Positions 31,123 to 41,725 are shown, counted from the stretch's first letter. The stretch: DNA of 64,000 nucleotides from Candidatus Aenigmatarchaeota archaeon (GCA_038997165.1 JAWBAK010000001.1:485320-549319); one strand, 5' to 3'. Program-made: numbers and translations. The notes: generated by a model not told the origin, from the letters alone.

Positions 31123-31832
31123 GGAAAATCACCTTTAATAATAAGAACATATTAATAATATTTCTTTTTTTTAGTAGTATTTTTTTATTTATATCATTTT
31201 TTTATTCATTTTCTTCTTCTACAGATTGTTTAGCTTGCTATTGTGAAGGAGATGGATATTATGAAGAATATTGTGTGGATTATGATCCTCAAATAGGTGA
31301 ATGTTTAGATTGTAGAACTAGATATGTTTCGTGCATAGATGAAAATACTTGTGGTTGTGGTCAAAGAGAAGATAAATATAAATGTTATATTGAAAGAACA
31401 TGTGAAAGCAATAGTGTAACTTGTTGGTGTTCAGAAAATCGTATTACAACATATTGTGGAGAGTCTACAGATAGTGATAATGGAGATAATCCAAATATAA
31501 AAGGAACAGCGATAGATAGGTATTGTAGCAATGGAGCTTGTAAAGAAGATAGATACGAAGATTATTGTACTGGAATATGTAATAGGGAGAAATTAATAGA
31601 ATATTATGTTGAAAATGATAGAGTTAAGTATAAAGAATATTCAAATCTTTTTTCGCAAAACAAATATTGTAAAGATGGTAGTTTGCATAATGATAATAGG
31701 AAACCTTCTGTAAGTCTTAGTTTAGGTTCTCGTAACTGGGGAAATACTGATATTACTGAAACTCTTAATTGTAATGATCATGATGAAAGTGGTTGCTGGA
31801 AATATAATTATAAAATTATAAAAGTAGTTTAG
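31119..31832 (+). CDS. Secreted Cys-rich hypothetical protein, possibly truncated
   Basis: Signal peptide; STDSDNGD..KGT..EDYC motif; ends inside an Ig-like repeat (C.D.DESGC). Confidence 0.65.
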   Translation: MRKITFNNKNILIIFLFFSSIFLFISFFYSFSSSTDCLACYCEGDGYYEEYCVDYDPQIGECLDCRTRYVSCIDENTCGCGQREDKYKCYIERTCESNSVTCWCSENRITTYCGESTDSDNGDNPNIKGTAIDRYCSNGACKEDRYEDYCTGICNREKLIEYYVENDRVKYKEYSNLFSQNKYCKDGSLHNDNRKPSVSLSLGSRNWGNTDITETLNCNDHDESGCWKYNYKIIKVV

Positions 31833-31836
31833 AATT

Positions 31837-32112
31837 TTATTTTATTATTTTTTGTGTTTCTTCTTTAAGTTTTTCAAATTTTTCTATTAAGTTATTAATC
31901 GCACTTTTTAATGCTTCTTTAGCTTTTATATTTTCTGTTTTTATCCATAATTTTGGATTAGAAAGTTCAGGATGTTCTTTTATATAAGCAGCTTCTATTA
32001 CTCCTTTAATGTTCCATAACTCTTCTCTTAAAAGATTTAGAAATGTCTCACTTTCATTAATAAATTCTATTAACAAAACATTTTCTTCTTCTCTTAAAAT
32101 CTTAAATTCCAT
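31837..32112 (-). CDS. rpoL: RNA polymerase subunit L (Rpo11)
   Basis: ESETFLNLLREEL, AAY..EHP. Confidence 0.9.
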   Translation of the reverse strand: MEFKILREEENVLLIEFINESETFLNLLREELWNIKGVIEAAYIKEHPELSNPKLWIKTENIKAKEALKSAINNLIEKFEKLKEETQKIIK

Positions 32113-32136
32113 TAATTAATTAATGATAAAATATAT

Positions 32137-34182
32137 TTAAATTTTTCCAACAAATCCGGGTTTATGGGAAATTAATTCTCCACCTAACTTCATTTTATTT
32201 AGAATTTCTTCAACATCTTCAACCCCTTGTTCTTTTGCTCTTTTTATTATTTCTTCTTCAGGTATTAAATTTCCGAAAACTTTTGATAGTTCATCGATGA
32301 TTTGTCTAACAGTTCTTATTTTACCTCTTTGAGATGTTGTAGTAACTCCTTCATATCTATCAATATCAATTGTTCCTAGATCTGGATCAAAACCAAATTG
32401 TTTTAATGAATATTTCATTAATTTTATTGCTCTTTCTGCATCTTCAGCAATAACTTCATTACTTAATCTAACTTTTGCAGATGCTTGAGATAATCTTATT
32501 AATGCTTCAAATTGTCTTAAAGTTATTGGGATTGCAGATGTTTCGCTATATTTTAATCTGCTTTCTAAAAAGAATTGTTTTATTTTATCTAATGCTTCTT
32601 TTGTCATTTTTGGAAAAATGTTTTTTCTTGCATAAGCAATGTATTTTTTTAATAGTGTTGGAGGAATAACTTCTTTAAATTTTTCTTCTTTTTTAAAAAA
32701 TCTAGTTTCCTCTATGTACTCTAAAATTTTCTCATCTCTTTCTTTATTTGGAATATCTTTTAATGCAAATTTTAAATCAAATCTACTTAATAGAGTTTCT
32801 GGTATTTCAATTTGTTCTCTTAAAGGAATATAAGGATCAAATCTTCCATATTTTGGATTTCCAGCAGCTAATATACTTGTTTTAGCTGGTAATGTAGCAA
32901 CAATACTTGCTTTTGCAATAGAAGAAGATCCTTGTTCCATAGCTTCATGTAAAGCAATTAAATCATCTTTTCTTACTTTTTCAAATTCATCAATACATAC
33001 AATACTTTTGTTTGCCATTACTACTGCTCCGGCTTCTAATACCCATCCACCTAAAAATTCTTCATCTCTAGTTACAGTAGCTATTAATCCAGCTGCAGTA
33101 GCTCCACTACCGCTAACATATTTAGCTCTTGGCATTATATTTGCTACATATTTTAATAATTGAGATTTAGCTGTGGAAGGTTCTCCGATTAATAATATAT
33201 GAATTTCTCCTCTTATTCTTGTTCCATCTGGCATTATTTCTTCGTTTCCTCCGAACATTTGTAATAAAATTGCCTCTTTTATCTCTTCTAATCCGTATAT
33301 TGTTGGAGCAATCGAATTAATTAATTTTTGATACAAATTTGGATCTCTTGATAATTCAATAATTTTTTTTTCATCTTCTTCGCTTATTTCTATATCTTCC
33401 CATTCAGTTTCTAAAGTTTCAAAATTTAGTGCATCTATAAAAATTTCCATAGTTCTTCCATAGTTTTTTCTTAATTTTCTTTGAATGCTTTTTAAAATTC
33501 CAACAACTCTTATTCTATTTCCTGGATCTGTTTTTATTCTTAATTTTGGTTCTACTAAATCTTCTTTTAAATAAACCATTATATTGCTAGGTCTTTCTCC
33601 GCTAAGAATTTCATATGGTTCTTCTATTACAATCCATCTAGCATCGTATAATTTTTCTCCGATTATATCAAAAGTTCTAGAATTACAATATGGACATTTT
33701 ATTGGTTTTTTTAAACTTCTTTCTGTTTGAATTTGCGTAATTAATCTTTTGCATTCTATACAAACAAAGATTGCTTCATATATTTCTGGTCTAACTTCAC
33801 TAGCTCTTTTTACAATTCCATCAACAACTACTAATTTTCCTAAATGTTCACTCCTTAAATTTCCTATTCTTTTTTCTAAATATTTTGGAAAATTAAAAAA
33901 CCTAATCCTAACTTTATCTTTAAGACTTGGCTCTAAATCATATAATGTTTCTTCAAAAATTTTTAAAATTTCTTCTGGATTTTCAATAAATTTTTCAGCT
34001 AATGAAATATCGAATTGCTCTAATAAAGAAAAGTCAATTAATAACCTTCTTTCATCATTTAATAAAATTCTTCCAATTTCTTTTAAATAGTATTCTTCCA
34101 AAAAATTTGAAAAAAGATTTTTTATTTCTAATTTTTCTTCCTCTTCAATTTTAACTATTTGTCTTGTTTGTAAAACTAACAT
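32137..34182 (-). CDS. mcm: MCM replicative helicase
   Basis: Zn finger, GEPSTAKSQ, LEAGA, CIDEFEK, LLSRFD, TLRQFE. Confidence 0.97.
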   Translation of the reverse strand: MLVLQTRQIVKIEEEEKLEIKNLFSNFLEEYYLKEIGRILLNDERRLLIDFSLLEQFDISLAEKFIENPEEILKIFEETLYDLEPSLKDKVRIRFFNFPKYLEKRIGNLRSEHLGKLVVVDGIVKRASEVRPEIYEAIFVCIECKRLITQIQTERSLKKPIKCPYCNSRTFDIIGEKLYDARWIVIEEPYEILSGERPSNIMVYLKEDLVEPKLRIKTDPGNRIRVVGILKSIQRKLRKNYGRTMEIFIDALNFETLETEWEDIEISEEDEKKIIELSRDPNLYQKLINSIAPTIYGLEEIKEAILLQMFGGNEEIMPDGTRIRGEIHILLIGEPSTAKSQLLKYVANIMPRAKYVSGSGATAAGLIATVTRDEEFLGGWVLEAGAVVMANKSIVCIDEFEKVRKDDLIALHEAMEQGSSSIAKASIVATLPAKTSILAAGNPKYGRFDPYIPLREQIEIPETLLSRFDLKFALKDIPNKERDEKILEYIEETRFFKKEEKFKEVIPPTLLKKYIAYARKNIFPKMTKEALDKIKQFFLESRLKYSETSAIPITLRQFEALIRLSQASAKVRLSNEVIAEDAERAIKLMKYSLKQFGFDPDLGTIDIDRYEGVTTTSQRGKIRTVRQIIDELSKVFGNLIPEEEIIKRAKEQGVEDVEEILNKMKLGGELISHKPGFVGKI

Positions 34183-34224
34183 TAAATAATTAGGAAAGAG
34201 ATATTATAAAGATTTATATTATTT

Positions 34225-34770
34225 TTAATATGGTTCAAAACATTTCGAACTTTTTATTTTTTTAATCAAGTTTTCTAATTCTTTTTTTACCTCTTCAACT
34301 TTTTTTCCACCTGTGCAAATTATTTTTCCACTTTTAAATATTAAGAATACTAATTTTGGTTCAGTTTTTCTATAAACTAATCCAGGAAATTGTTCTGGCT
34401 CAAATTCTGCTTCTTCTAATTCATATGCTAAACAATTTAAATCTATTTCCCCTTCTAATTTTACCGAAGCAACAATATTTTCAACACTTTTCTCTGCCTT
34501 AGAAACATCTACTCCAACATTTTTTAATCTTTCTAACATAATTTTTAATGCTTTTTCAACATCTTCCATTCTTCTGTTTCCAGTACAAATTATTTTTCCA
34601 CTTTCAAAAATTAAAAATGAACATTTTGGATCTTGTAATTTATAAACTAATCCAGGAAATTGTTCCGGCTCGAATTCTATATCTAAGTATTTCTTTAATA
34701 ATTTATCAATTGGAAGTTTTTGATCAAATGTTAGTGAAACAACAATATTTTCAATAGTTATCTCTTCCAT
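34225..34770 (-). CDS. tbp: TATA-binding protein
   Basis: Two ENIV..EPEQFPGLVY..LIF.SGKIICTG repeats. Confidence 0.97.
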   Translation of the reverse strand: MEEITIENIVVSLTFDQKLPIDKLLKKYLDIEFEPEQFPGLVYKLQDPKCSFLIFESGKIICTGNRRMEDVEKALKIMLERLKNVGVDVSKAEKSVENIVASVKLEGEIDLNCLAYELEEAEFEPEQFPGLVYRKTEPKLVFLIFKSGKIICTGGKKVEEVKKELENLIKKIKSSKCFEPY

Positions 34771-34785
34771 TTAATATATAAAATA

Positions 34786-35193
34786 TTAAAAATATAAATT
34801 TTCAAATTCATTCAAAAATGTATTTAAATAATCAATTGATAAAACAAAAATATCCTCTTCCTTTATTGGTTGAAACGTAGCATTTAAAAAAATCATTAAT
34901 CCAAATATTTTTTTATTTACTTGATATTTTTTATATTCTCTAAACTTTTCTTTAAATTTTTCAATTTCTTTTTTCACATTTTTAAAATTTGAATATTCTT
35001 TCTTCCATTTTTTACATTCTATTAATAGTATTTTATTTTGCTTTTTTGCAATTAGATCAAATTCTTTATAATTTAGAAATTTTATTCTTACATTTTTACT
35101 AATTTTATAATTAAATTTTTCAAAAACTTCTGCAATAAAATTTTCAAAATATTTCCAATCTCTTTCTTCTAAAAATTTCTTTAAACTTTCCAT
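34786..35193 (-). CDS. Mrr-like PD-(D/E)XK endonuclease-fold protein
   Basis: WKYFENFIA, EFDLIA, IECKKW. Confidence 0.75.
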   Translation of the reverse strand: MESLKKFLEERDWKYFENFIAEVFEKFNYKISKNVRIKFLNYKEFDLIAKKQNKILLIECKKWKKEYSNFKNVKKEIEKFKEKFREYKKYQVNKKIFGLMIFLNATFQPIKEEDIFVLSIDYLNTFLNEFENLYF

Positions 35194-35202
35194 AATATAA
35201 TA

Positions 35203-35856
35203 ATGATAATTGCTGGAATAGATGAGAATGGTAGAGGTTGTATTATTGGACCGTTAGTAATTACTGCTTATTTTATTGATGAAGAAAAAATTAATGAGTT
35301 AGAAAAAATTGGCGTTAAGGATTCAAAAAAGTTAAGTGAATATAAAAGAGAAAAAATATTTGAAAAATTAATTGAAATAGGAAGTTATATTCAAGAGATA
35401 ATTTCTGCAAAAGATTTAAATTATCTTATGTTAAAAAAGAAGATGAATTTAAATGAAATAGAGTTATTAGGAATTTCAAAGTTGATAAATAAATCTAATG
35501 CAAAAATTTACTTTATTGATGCACCATTCAATCCCAAAAAGTTTAAAGAAAAATTAATGTTACTTTTAAAAAAAGATGTTGAAATAGTTGCTGATCATAA
35601 AATGGATGAAAAAAATTTAGTAGTAGCCGCTGCAAGTATAATTGGAAAAGTTGTTAGAGATAGGGAAATCGAAAAAATAAAAAGAGAAATAAATTTTGAT
35701 TTTGGGAGCGGATATGTAAGTGATGAAAAAACAAGAAATTTTCTCGAGAAAGTTTTTAGAGAAAGAAAAGATTATGATTTTATAAGAAAAGCTTGGATAA
35801 CTTATGAAGAAGAAAGTAAAAAAATAAAATTAAAAAAGATTATAGATTTTATATGA
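35203..35856 (+). CDS. rnhB: Ribonuclease HII
   Basis: GIDE.GRG..IGP, VKDSK, AAASI.GKV.RD, GSGY.SD. Confidence 0.96.
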   Translation: MIIAGIDENGRGCIIGPLVITAYFIDEEKINELEKIGVKDSKKLSEYKREKIFEKLIEIGSYIQEIISAKDLNYLMLKKKMNLNEIELLGISKLINKSNAKIYFIDAPFNPKKFKEKLMLLLKKDVEIVADHKMDEKNLVVAAASIIGKVVRDREIEKIKREINFDFGSGYVSDEKTRNFLEKVFRERKDYDFIRKAWITYEEESKKIKLKKIIDFI

Positions 35857-36113
35857 AAAAAATCAAAAGTTTGTATATTTTTGAGAAAAATAAGGAAAAA
35901 ATCTTATTTATAATTTTAGGTATATTAAATTCTTTTATAACTTTTAAGTTTTATTATTTTGATTTAATTGGTTTGTCAATTCCAATATTAATTTTTTTAA
36001 TTTTTTCTTATTTTCTAGGCAAAGAAAAAAACTTTTTTAAAATTATTGAAAGATATGCTTTGATATATTTTTTTTCCTGGATTTTAGCTCTTACAATTTT
36101 AATTAATATATAA
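35853..36113 (+). CDS. Small membrane protein
   Basis: Three hydrophobic segments; overlaps the rnhB stop. Confidence 0.6.
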   Translation: MKKIKSLYIFEKNKEKILFIILGILNSFITFKFYYFDLIGLSIPILIFLIFSYFLGKEKNFFKIIERYALIYFFSWILALTILINI

Positions 36114-36120
36114 TTTTATT

Positions 36121-36666
36121 TTAAAGCAGTACATTTCCTACAATTAATTTATATTCATCTTTATCATCTAATTCTTCTTTTATTCTTTCTTTAATCATTT
36201 TTTCTGGACTCATTAAAAATTTAATTCTATTTTTTAAATCTTCAAAACTTTCAAATGGCTTAATTTTTCTTTCTCTTAAAATATCTTCTAAATGTTTCTT
36301 TCCTATTCCTCTGAATAATTCAAGTGCATGCATTTTTGGAGTTAATGGACCCGCTATATTAAAAATTTTTATTAATCTTTTTTCATTTTGTTTTATTAAA
36401 TTATCTAATACTTCATCTAAAACTGATTGGGCAATTGGCGATAATTCACTTAACTTTATTTTTCTTATAATTCTTTGTGCTTTATCTCTCAATCCACTTC
36501 CAATATAAATTTTTTCATTTACTTCTACTTTTACATTTGGTTTTAAACTTACTTCTAATAAATTAAAATATTTATCGCCAATACCATGTACAATAGGAAT
36601 CTTTAAAGCGCTTCCTGGTTTTCCTGTTGGAAAATAATCTAATACAATAATGTATTCGTCTTTCAT
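36121..36666 (-). CDS. DUF655 RNA-binding protein
   Basis: IVLDY, FNLLE, RDK, MHALEL..GIGKK, PFESFED; L21e-RpoF-DUF655 synteny. Confidence 0.92.
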   Translation of the reverse strand: MKDEYIIVLDYFPTGKPGSALKIPIVHGIGDKYFNLLEVSLKPNVKVEVNEKIYIGSGLRDKAQRIIRKIKLSELSPIAQSVLDEVLDNLIKQNEKRLIKIFNIAGPLTPKMHALELFRGIGKKHLEDILRERKIKPFESFEDLKNRIKFLMSPEKMIKERIKEELDDKDEYKLIVGNVLL

Positions 36667-36678
36667 TATTTAAAAATT

Positions 36679-36993
36679 TTATATTTTATTTACAATTTCT
36701 ATTATTTTTTTCTGTTTTTCTTCATCAAAAAACTTTATGCTTTTTCCAAAAAGTATATTTAAATCTTCAATACTTTCTGGTAAATAGTCCAATATCATTA
36801 CTATTTCATTCTCTTTTAATCCCAAGTTTTTCAGTTCTTTTTTTATTTTTTCAATCTCTTCTATTTTTATTTCTTTCTTTATAGAATTTTTTATATTTTC
36901 AACTATAGAATTAATTGAACTATTTGTAGTTTCTCCTCTAATAATTTCTAATGCTTCATACTTTGTAATATATTTTTCTTCTAAAATTTCCAT
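36679..36993 (-). CDS. rpoF: RNA polymerase subunit F (Rpo4)
   Basis: Synteny; ILEEKYIT..EA, ILDYLPES.EDL. Confidence 0.8.
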   Translation of the reverse strand: MEILEEKYITKYEALEIIRGETTNSSINSIVENIKNSIKKEIKIEEIEKIKKELKNLGLKENEIVMILDYLPESIEDLNILFGKSIKFFDEEKQKKIIEIVNKI

Positions 36994-37004
36994 AAAAATT
37001 ATTT

Positions 37005-37274
37005 TTAAGTTAATCTTCTTAAATGTTGTGGTAATGCAATTATTATTTTTTCCTTAAATTTATCTTTTACTTTAACTAAATAGGCATTTCCTCTTTTTTC
37101 TATAATACTTCCTATTTTTCCTTGAAATCTATGATGTGGCATTCCATTTTGAGATGATGGATCAATATCAATAATAACCTTTTCGCCTATTTTAAACTCT
37201 TGAAAAAATCTAGATATACCTTTTCTATGATGTCCAATTTTTAATTTTTTTCTAGATTTACCTCCCTTTGCCAT
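37005..37274 (-). CDS. rpl21e: 50S ribosomal protein L21e
   Basis: IDPS..GMPHHRFQGK.G, P.HL. Confidence 0.95.
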   Translation of the reverse strand: MAKGGKSRKKLKIGHHRKGISRFFQEFKIGEKVIIDIDPSSQNGMPHHRFQGKIGSIIEKRGNAYLVKVKDKFKEKIIIALPQHLRRLT

Positions 37275-37301
37275 ATAATTTATTTTAAAAAATTTAAATT
37301 T

Positions 37302-37796
37302 ATGAATGAAAAATTAAAGGCAAAAATAGAAGCAATACTGTTTGCTGCATCTAAACCTATTTCAATTCTTCAACTTTCAAAATTAATAAACGAAAGTGAA
37401 GAAAATGTGAAGAAATGTTTAGAAGAATTAATAAAAGAATATGAAAATTCGAATAGAGCAATAGAAATTGTTGAAACACCAGAAGGATTCGAGATGAGAA
37501 TAAAAGCTGAATATAGAAGCGAAGCTTCTAAGGTTGCTGCATTTAGTGATTTGGGTTTAGGAACGCTAAAAACATTAGCATTAATAATTTATAAATATCC
37601 AATAAAACAAAGCGATATTGTAAAAATTCAAGGAAATAGAGCATATGATTATATTCGAATTTTAGAGAAAAAAGGTCTAATAGTTTCTAGAAAAGTAGGA
37701 AATACAAAAATTTTAATACCAAGTCAAAATATTGAAAAATATTTTGGTATGAAGATAGAAGACATAAAAAAACAAATTGAAAAATATATTCAATGA
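37302..37796 (+). CDS. scpB: SMC-Scp complex subunit ScpB
   Basis: IEAILFA, LKTLALI.YK.PI.QS.IV. Confidence 0.92.
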   Translation: MNEKLKAKIEAILFAASKPISILQLSKLINESEENVKKCLEELIKEYENSNRAIEIVETPEGFEMRIKAEYRSEASKVAAFSDLGLGTLKTLALIIYKYPIKQSDIVKIQGNRAYDYIRILEKKGLIVSRKVGNTKILIPSQNIEKYFGMKIEDIKKQIEKYIQ

Positions 37797-38512
37797 GAAT
37801 TTTTTTAACTTTAAATCCATCAAAAGATGTTTATTCTCAAATTGAGTTAGCTAAAAAATTAGGATTTGATGGAGTTGAAATTGTATTAGAAGATGATATG
37901 AGAGAAGTTGTTGAAAAAGAAAAAGAAAAAATTAAAAATAAGTTAGAAAATTTAGGAATCTATGCTTCTTTTCATCTTCCGAATTGGCTTAATATTCTTA
38001 ATAGAGATGATTTAAAAGAAATTTTTCATTTATATAAAATTGTTGAATATTTTAATTCTTTTGGTGTTTTACATATTTTTTCTGATGATGAAAAAAGTAT
38101 TAAAAAATATAAAATAATTGAAAAAGAAATAAAAGATAAAAATCTATATTTTGAGAATTTATTTCAAAGAACTGAAATATTAGAAAATATTTTTGTTTTT
38201 AATTTAAAGTTTGTTATTGATATTTCTCATTTTTTAACTGCTAATCCTTTTCCTAAATTTAAAGAATTTTTACTAAAAAATAAAAATAAGATATTTCATT
38301 TTCATTTTTCTGATATTAATGGAATTACTCATTCTCATTTACCTTTAGGAAAGGGCATTTTACCAATTAAAAAAATAATAGAAATTTTAGTAGAATATTT
38401 TAATGATAGGTCAATTTCTTTTGAAATTTTTGAAACAGATATTCCTGAATTAGACTTTGAAATTTCTATTAAGATTTTTAAAAATATAATAGATAAATAT
38501 GGAAAAAAATGA
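37793..38512 (+). CDS. Sugar-phosphate isomerase/AP endonuclease 2 family TIM-barrel protein
   Basis: GFDGVEI, FENL, DISH, HFSD..HLPLG.G. Confidence 0.8.
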   Translation: MRIFLTLNPSKDVYSQIELAKKLGFDGVEIVLEDDMREVVEKEKEKIKNKLENLGIYASFHLPNWLNILNRDDLKEIFHLYKIVEYFNSFGVLHIFSDDEKSIKKYKIIEKEIKDKNLYFENLFQRTEILENIFVFNLKFVIDISHFLTANPFPKFKEFLLKNKNKIFHFHFSDINGITHSHLPLGKGILPIKKIIEILVEYFNDRSISFEIFETDIPELDFEISIKIFKNIIDKYGKK

Positions 38513-39206
38513 AATTGTAAAGTTTTTAGAAAGAGAATATAGCTTTGAAGTTTTTAAATCGATATATTCAAAATGTTTTGACTTTTTTATTAAAAAAGGA
38601 GAAACTTGTTTCTTTATAAAAATATATGAAAATTTAAACTCTTTGAATAAAAAAATTAATGAAGATTTAATAAATCTAGAAAGATTTTTAGATGCCAATT
38701 CAATAATTATAAGTAATAGAACCTCTAGAGAATATTTAAAAGATTATATTTATATTAGGAAAAATATTAAAGTTTTTAATTTTAAAACCTTTATAAATTA
38801 TCTTAGAAACGATGAAATACCAATTTATAGATATGGAAAATTAGTAGCAAATATAGATTTTGAAAAAATGAAAGAAAAAAGAATAAAATTAGGTTATTCT
38901 CTGTCAACTTTAGCTAAAAAATTAAGAGTTTCAAAAAAACATTTATTTGAAATAGAAATTGGAAGAACAAAACCATCTTATTTTTTAGCAAAAAAAATTG
39001 AAAAAATATTAGAGGAGAAATTAATTATTAATTCTAATAAAAAACGATATAGTTGCGATGATAAAAAAGTTTTTAATTTTTCAAATTTTTGTTCTATTAA
39101 AGGTATACGAGATGAAAACAAAAAATATGTTATTCCAAAAAATAATCCCAAAGCTTTAGAAGAAACTGAACAAATTGCAGAAATATTTAATTTGAAAATA
39201 ATATGA
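38499..39206 (+). CDS. Archaeal Cro/C1-type HTH transcriptional regulator
   Basis: CFDF..K N-domain; R...GYSLSTLA..L.VSKK...IE.G HTH. Confidence 0.8.
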   Translation: MEKNEIVKFLEREYSFEVFKSIYSKCFDFFIKKGETCFFIKIYENLNSLNKKINEDLINLERFLDANSIIISNRTSREYLKDYIYIRKNIKVFNFKTFINYLRNDEIPIYRYGKLVANIDFEKMKEKRIKLGYSLSTLAKKLRVSKKHLFEIEIGRTKPSYFLAKKIEKILEEKLIINSNKKRYSCDDKKVFNFSNFCSIKGIRDENKKYVIPKNNPKALEETEQIAEIFNLKII

Positions 39207-40423
39207 TTTTTAGAGGTTGGGTAGAGGATATAAAAGATGTCGGAAAAGTTAAGTTTATAATACTTCATACATCTAAGGAGGATTATCAAGTTACATGTAG
39301 AAAAGATTTGATGGAAAATTTTGAAGAAGTAGAAAAATTAACATTACAAAGTGCAATAGAAGTTGAAGGAGAGTTATTAGAAAAGGGCATATCGAAAAAA
39401 TACAAAGAGATATTAGCAAAGAGAATTAAAATAGTTAGTTTAGCTCCAAATATTTTACCAATAGATCCAAGTGGAAAGGTTAATTATTCTCTAGACAAAA
39501 AACTTGATTGGAGATTTTTAGATTTTAGAAATCATAAAACTCTCTCAATAATTAAAATCCAAAATACAATTTTAAGATCCTTTAGAGATTTTTTTAGTAA
39601 AGAAGGATTTATTGAAATTCAACCACCAATAATTATTTCTTCTGCTAGCGAAGGTGGTGCAGATCTATTTAAAATTAATTATTTTGAAAAAGAAGCTTAT
39701 CTAGCACAAAGTCCTCAATTATATAAGCAAATGGCAGCAATAAGTTTAGAAAAGGTTTTTTGTGTTGTACCAATTTTTAGAGCAGAGAAACATAATACTT
39801 TATACCATCTAAACGAGGTTAGAAGTTTAGATATAGAGGTTGCATTTGCTAATCACGAAGATGTTATGAAATATTTAGAGAGATTTTTTGTTTATACATT
39901 AGAAAGAATTCAAAACGAAAATGAAAATGAATTAAAAGAATTAAATGTTAAGTTAAATATACCTCAATTACCATTAGATAGAATTAAATATGAAGAAGCG
40001 ATACAAATTTTGAATTTAAATTTTGGAGACGAAATAAAAAGAGAACATGAAAAAATGCTATGCGAAAAAATTTCTGAAGCATTATTTATAACACATTTTC
40101 CAAAAGAGCACAGACCTTTTTATACTATGTTAAACGATGAAAACAAAAATATTACAAATTCCTTCGATTTTCTATATAAAGGTTTAGAATTAGCAAGTGG
40201 AGCACAAAGAATTCATATCCCAGAATTATTGGAAATGAGGTTAATTGAAAATAATTTAAATCCAAATAATTTTAAAGAATATATAGAAGCATTTAAATAT
40301 GGAGCTCCACCACATGCTGGATGGGCAATAGGATTAGAAAGATTTACAATGAAAGTTTGTAATTTAGAAAATATTAGAGAAGCTACGATGTGGCCAAGAG
40401 ATAGATTTAGATTAAATCCTTAG
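39203..40423 (+). CDS. aspS: Aspartyl-tRNA synthetase (archaeal; probably non-discriminating)
   Basis: RGWV, LAQSPQLYKQ, FRAE, SGAQRIH, PPHAG..IGLER. Confidence 0.93.
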   Translation: MIFRGWVEDIKDVGKVKFIILHTSKEDYQVTCRKDLMENFEEVEKLTLQSAIEVEGELLEKGISKKYKEILAKRIKIVSLAPNILPIDPSGKVNYSLDKKLDWRFLDFRNHKTLSIIKIQNTILRSFRDFFSKEGFIEIQPPIIISSASEGGADLFKINYFEKEAYLAQSPQLYKQMAAISLEKVFCVVPIFRAEKHNTLYHLNEVRSLDIEVAFANHEDVMKYLERFFVYTLERIQNENENELKELNVKLNIPQLPLDRIKYEEAIQILNLNFGDEIKREHEKMLCEKISEALFITHFPKEHRPFYTMLNDENKNITNSFDFLYKGLELASGAQRIHIPELLEMRLIENNLNPNNFKEYIEAFKYGAPPHAGWAIGLERFTMKVCNLENIREATMWPRDRFRLNP

Positions 40424-40441
40424 CTTTTTATTTTTTAAAAG

Positions 40442-40837
40442 CTAAATTATATTTATTACTTTTATATTATGTTTTTTAAGTTCATTTATTATAAATTTCC
40501 TATGACATTTCCAATAAAATTTTTCAGCACACATTATACAAATATTTTTATCTTTAGAAAATTCTAAAAGTTTTTTAAATCCATCTTTAAATTCATAAGT
40601 TTTAATATATTTTTCATAACCTTCTTTTCTAAAACCACCAAGATTTTCTAAATGAACATATTTAATATTATTTTTGTTTAAAACATCTTCTAAAACTTCC
40701 TTATTAAACCAAGGAAACTTTTTACTTTTTGGAAATCTTCTAACATCTATCAATATTTCAATGTTATATTTTTTAAGTAAATTTAAAAAATCTTCCAATT
40801 TTCTATTGCTATGACCTATTGTATAAATTTTTTTCAT
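40442..40837 (-). CDS. DUF488 protein
   Basis: YTIGHS, DVRRFP, MCAE..WKCHR. Confidence 0.9.
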   Translation of the reverse strand: MKKIYTIGHSNRKLEDFLNLLKKYNIEILIDVRRFPKSKKFPWFNKEVLEDVLNKNNIKYVHLENLGGFRKEGYEKYIKTYEFKDGFKKLLEFSKDKNICIMCAEKFYWKCHRKFIINELKKHNIKVINII

Positions 40838-40862
40838 AAATAAATTCTTTTTACTAAGTATT

Positions 40863-41189
40863 ATGGAAATAAGCTTTGAAGAGTTTAAAAAAATAGAAAT
40901 GAAAATAGGAAAAGTAATAGATGTACAAGATATACCAAATTCTAGGAACTTAATAAAGCTTATAGTAGATTTTGGTAATGAAAAAAGACAAGCAATAGCT
41001 GGATTAAAGAATTATTTCAAAAAAGAAGATTTAGTAGGAAAAAAATTTGTTTTTGTAACTAATTTGGAAAAAAAGAAATTTATGGGGGAAATTAGTGAAT
41101 GTATGATTTTAGCTGCCGAAGATGAAAATAAAAATCTTTCTCTAATAATTCCTGAAAAAGATATAAAGGAGGGAAGTATAGTAAGATAG
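40863..41189 (+). CDS. tRNA-binding OB-fold protein (Trbp111/MetRS C-terminal-like)
   Basis: ISFEEF, VDFG...Q.IAG, VTNL, SECMILA. Confidence 0.9.
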   Translation: MEISFEEFKKIEMKIGKVIDVQDIPNSRNLIKLIVDFGNEKRQAIAGLKNYFKKEDLVGKKFVFVTNLEKKKFMGEISECMILAAEDENKNLSLIIPEKDIKEGSIVR

Positions 41190-41190
41190 A

Positions 41191-41481
41191 ATGAAAGTTT
41201 TAATATTAGAAAAAATTAAGTTAGAGAAAGTCGAAGAAATTTTAAAGAAAAACGAAAAATTATCTATACTTTCAATTTACTTTAGAGAACTAAAAGACAT
41301 AGAGCTTAAAGATAAATTTGCTTTAATTTTGGACGGTCCAGAAGAATATATAAAAATTGCAACAGAATTAATTCGAGAATTTACAGAAATTCCTAATGAA
41401 GAATTGGAAGAAAAAATAATCAAAAAATTTAAAGAAGAAAACTTAAAAGCTAGTGAAGGTTTAGGATTTTTATTTTCATAG
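41191..41481 (+). CDS. Hypothetical protein
   Basis: 96-aa ORF with host-like composition; C-terminal A.EGLGFLF. Confidence 0.7.
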   Translation: MKVLILEKIKLEKVEEILKKNEKLSILSIYFRELKDIELKDKFALILDGPEEYIKIATELIREFTEIPNEELEEKIIKKFKEENLKASEGLGFLFS

Positions 41482-41650
41482 AGCAATTTTTGTTTGAAAA
41501 ACTTTTCCTCACATTTTTTATCTCATTATGATTATTTTTTTCAAAATAATAATTAGAAATGTTTTGTACGTTTATATTCTTGTTTAAAATTTTCGTTTCT
41601 GTTTTTATTTCTCTTTTAAGAATTAAATATTAAAACAATAATATTAGTAT

Positions 41651-41725
41651 GCCCCGGTAGCTCAGCAAGGATAGAGCGGCGGCCTTCTAAGCCGTAGGTC
41701 GCGGGTTCAAATCCCGCCCGGGGCA
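41651..41725 (+). tRNA. tRNA-Arg(TCT)
   Basis: gcggc-ct TCT aa-gccgt arm; cloverleaf. Confidence 0.95.
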
